Below the pieces are notes generated by a model that ran no database searches, had not been told where the DNA came from, and saw only the letters and a list, made by a program, of their open reading frames with translations. A DNA stretch of 62,060 nt, counting the filler, from Sphacelaria rigidula (Eukaryota), in assembly GCA_964200075.2 (NCBI GenBank). It is 11 parts of 11 records of this genome, joined end to end, with 100 filler letters (N's around TTAATTAATTAA, not from the genome) between each part and the next. Parts side by side here need not be neighbours in the genome. Positions count along the whole stretch, not along the records: positions 56,511 to 62,060 come from CAXNAA020026404.1; 10 more parts are not named here. One strand, given 5' to 3'. Positions 61,548 through 62,060 of this stretch are shown here, in pieces (position 1 is the stretch's first letter; each line of letters starts with the position of its first letter). Position numbers and translations under genes: made by a program.

Positions 61548-62060
61548 CGGTGTTTGGGGAACGCGCAATACCCCGCGTTTCCACATCACCAACGGGGTAC
61601 CTTTACGTGTGTGACCGCTTGTAACACTTCGCCGTCACCCGCTTTACGTTTTGATGACACTTCTACTTCAAACCCCGTTGTCGACCATAGGTCCACAGTC
61701 GGGTCCCAGCAACCTTCAACAACAAACCGTGGCGATATATTTTCTTTCACTCAGCCAGTACACCCCCACCACTTGACAAAATCCTCGTCGGCCGGCGTGA
61801 GTTCTCGCTTGTGGTGTGGGTACGCTAGCGATGACCGTTCTGTCCTGATGGGTTCCATGACAGCACAGTTCCGTGCAACATTGCACGACTCCCAAATGTG
61901 CAATGACCAACCCCAGTGTTTTCATACTGGATTTGATCACCCAGTTGTATTTCCGAGTGGTAGTAATCAATGCCAGTTGGATCCGATCGCCCCGCGGAAT
62001 CGGCAGTCGTGTAGCGTAGCGCCTACCGCCTTAGAAGCAGGAACATCTTCTGATACGGTA

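Noticed and set aside
61700..62060. Start of pol after the Gag-like ORF
   Set aside because: No aspartic protease or RT motif in any plus-strand frame.

Overview
Eukaryotic, repeat-rich DNA, most likely from a brown alga (inferred from spliceosomal GT-AG genes with 0.3-3 kb introns and the style of the transposons; not proven). The window is not one locus. It is 11 unrelated contigs (ten of 5551 bp, the last 5550 bp) joined by 100-bp N44-TTAATTAATTAA-N44 linkers, so nothing can be inferred across gaps. Host-type genes, all partial and spliced, are an MMS19 homologue (4 exons), an RCC1-repeat + IPT/TIG protein (3 exons) and two unidentified proteins. A fifth spliced gene encodes a SET domain preceded by a segment resembling a degenerate N6/N4 DNA-methyltransferase SAM-binding module. 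The rest is mobile DNA: a decayed Ty1/copia element, a Ty3/gypsy integrase with a chromodomain plus a Tudor-like tail, three very long disordered Gag-like ORFs, a decayed LINE with a tRNA-derived SINE inside it, and many non-autonomous TIR elements (hAT-, Tc1/mariner- and piggyBac-like, plus long fold-back palindromes). The most interesting signals are the MTase-like/SET fusion and the chromo+Tudor integrase. All protein assignments are by-eye motif recognition, not database searches.
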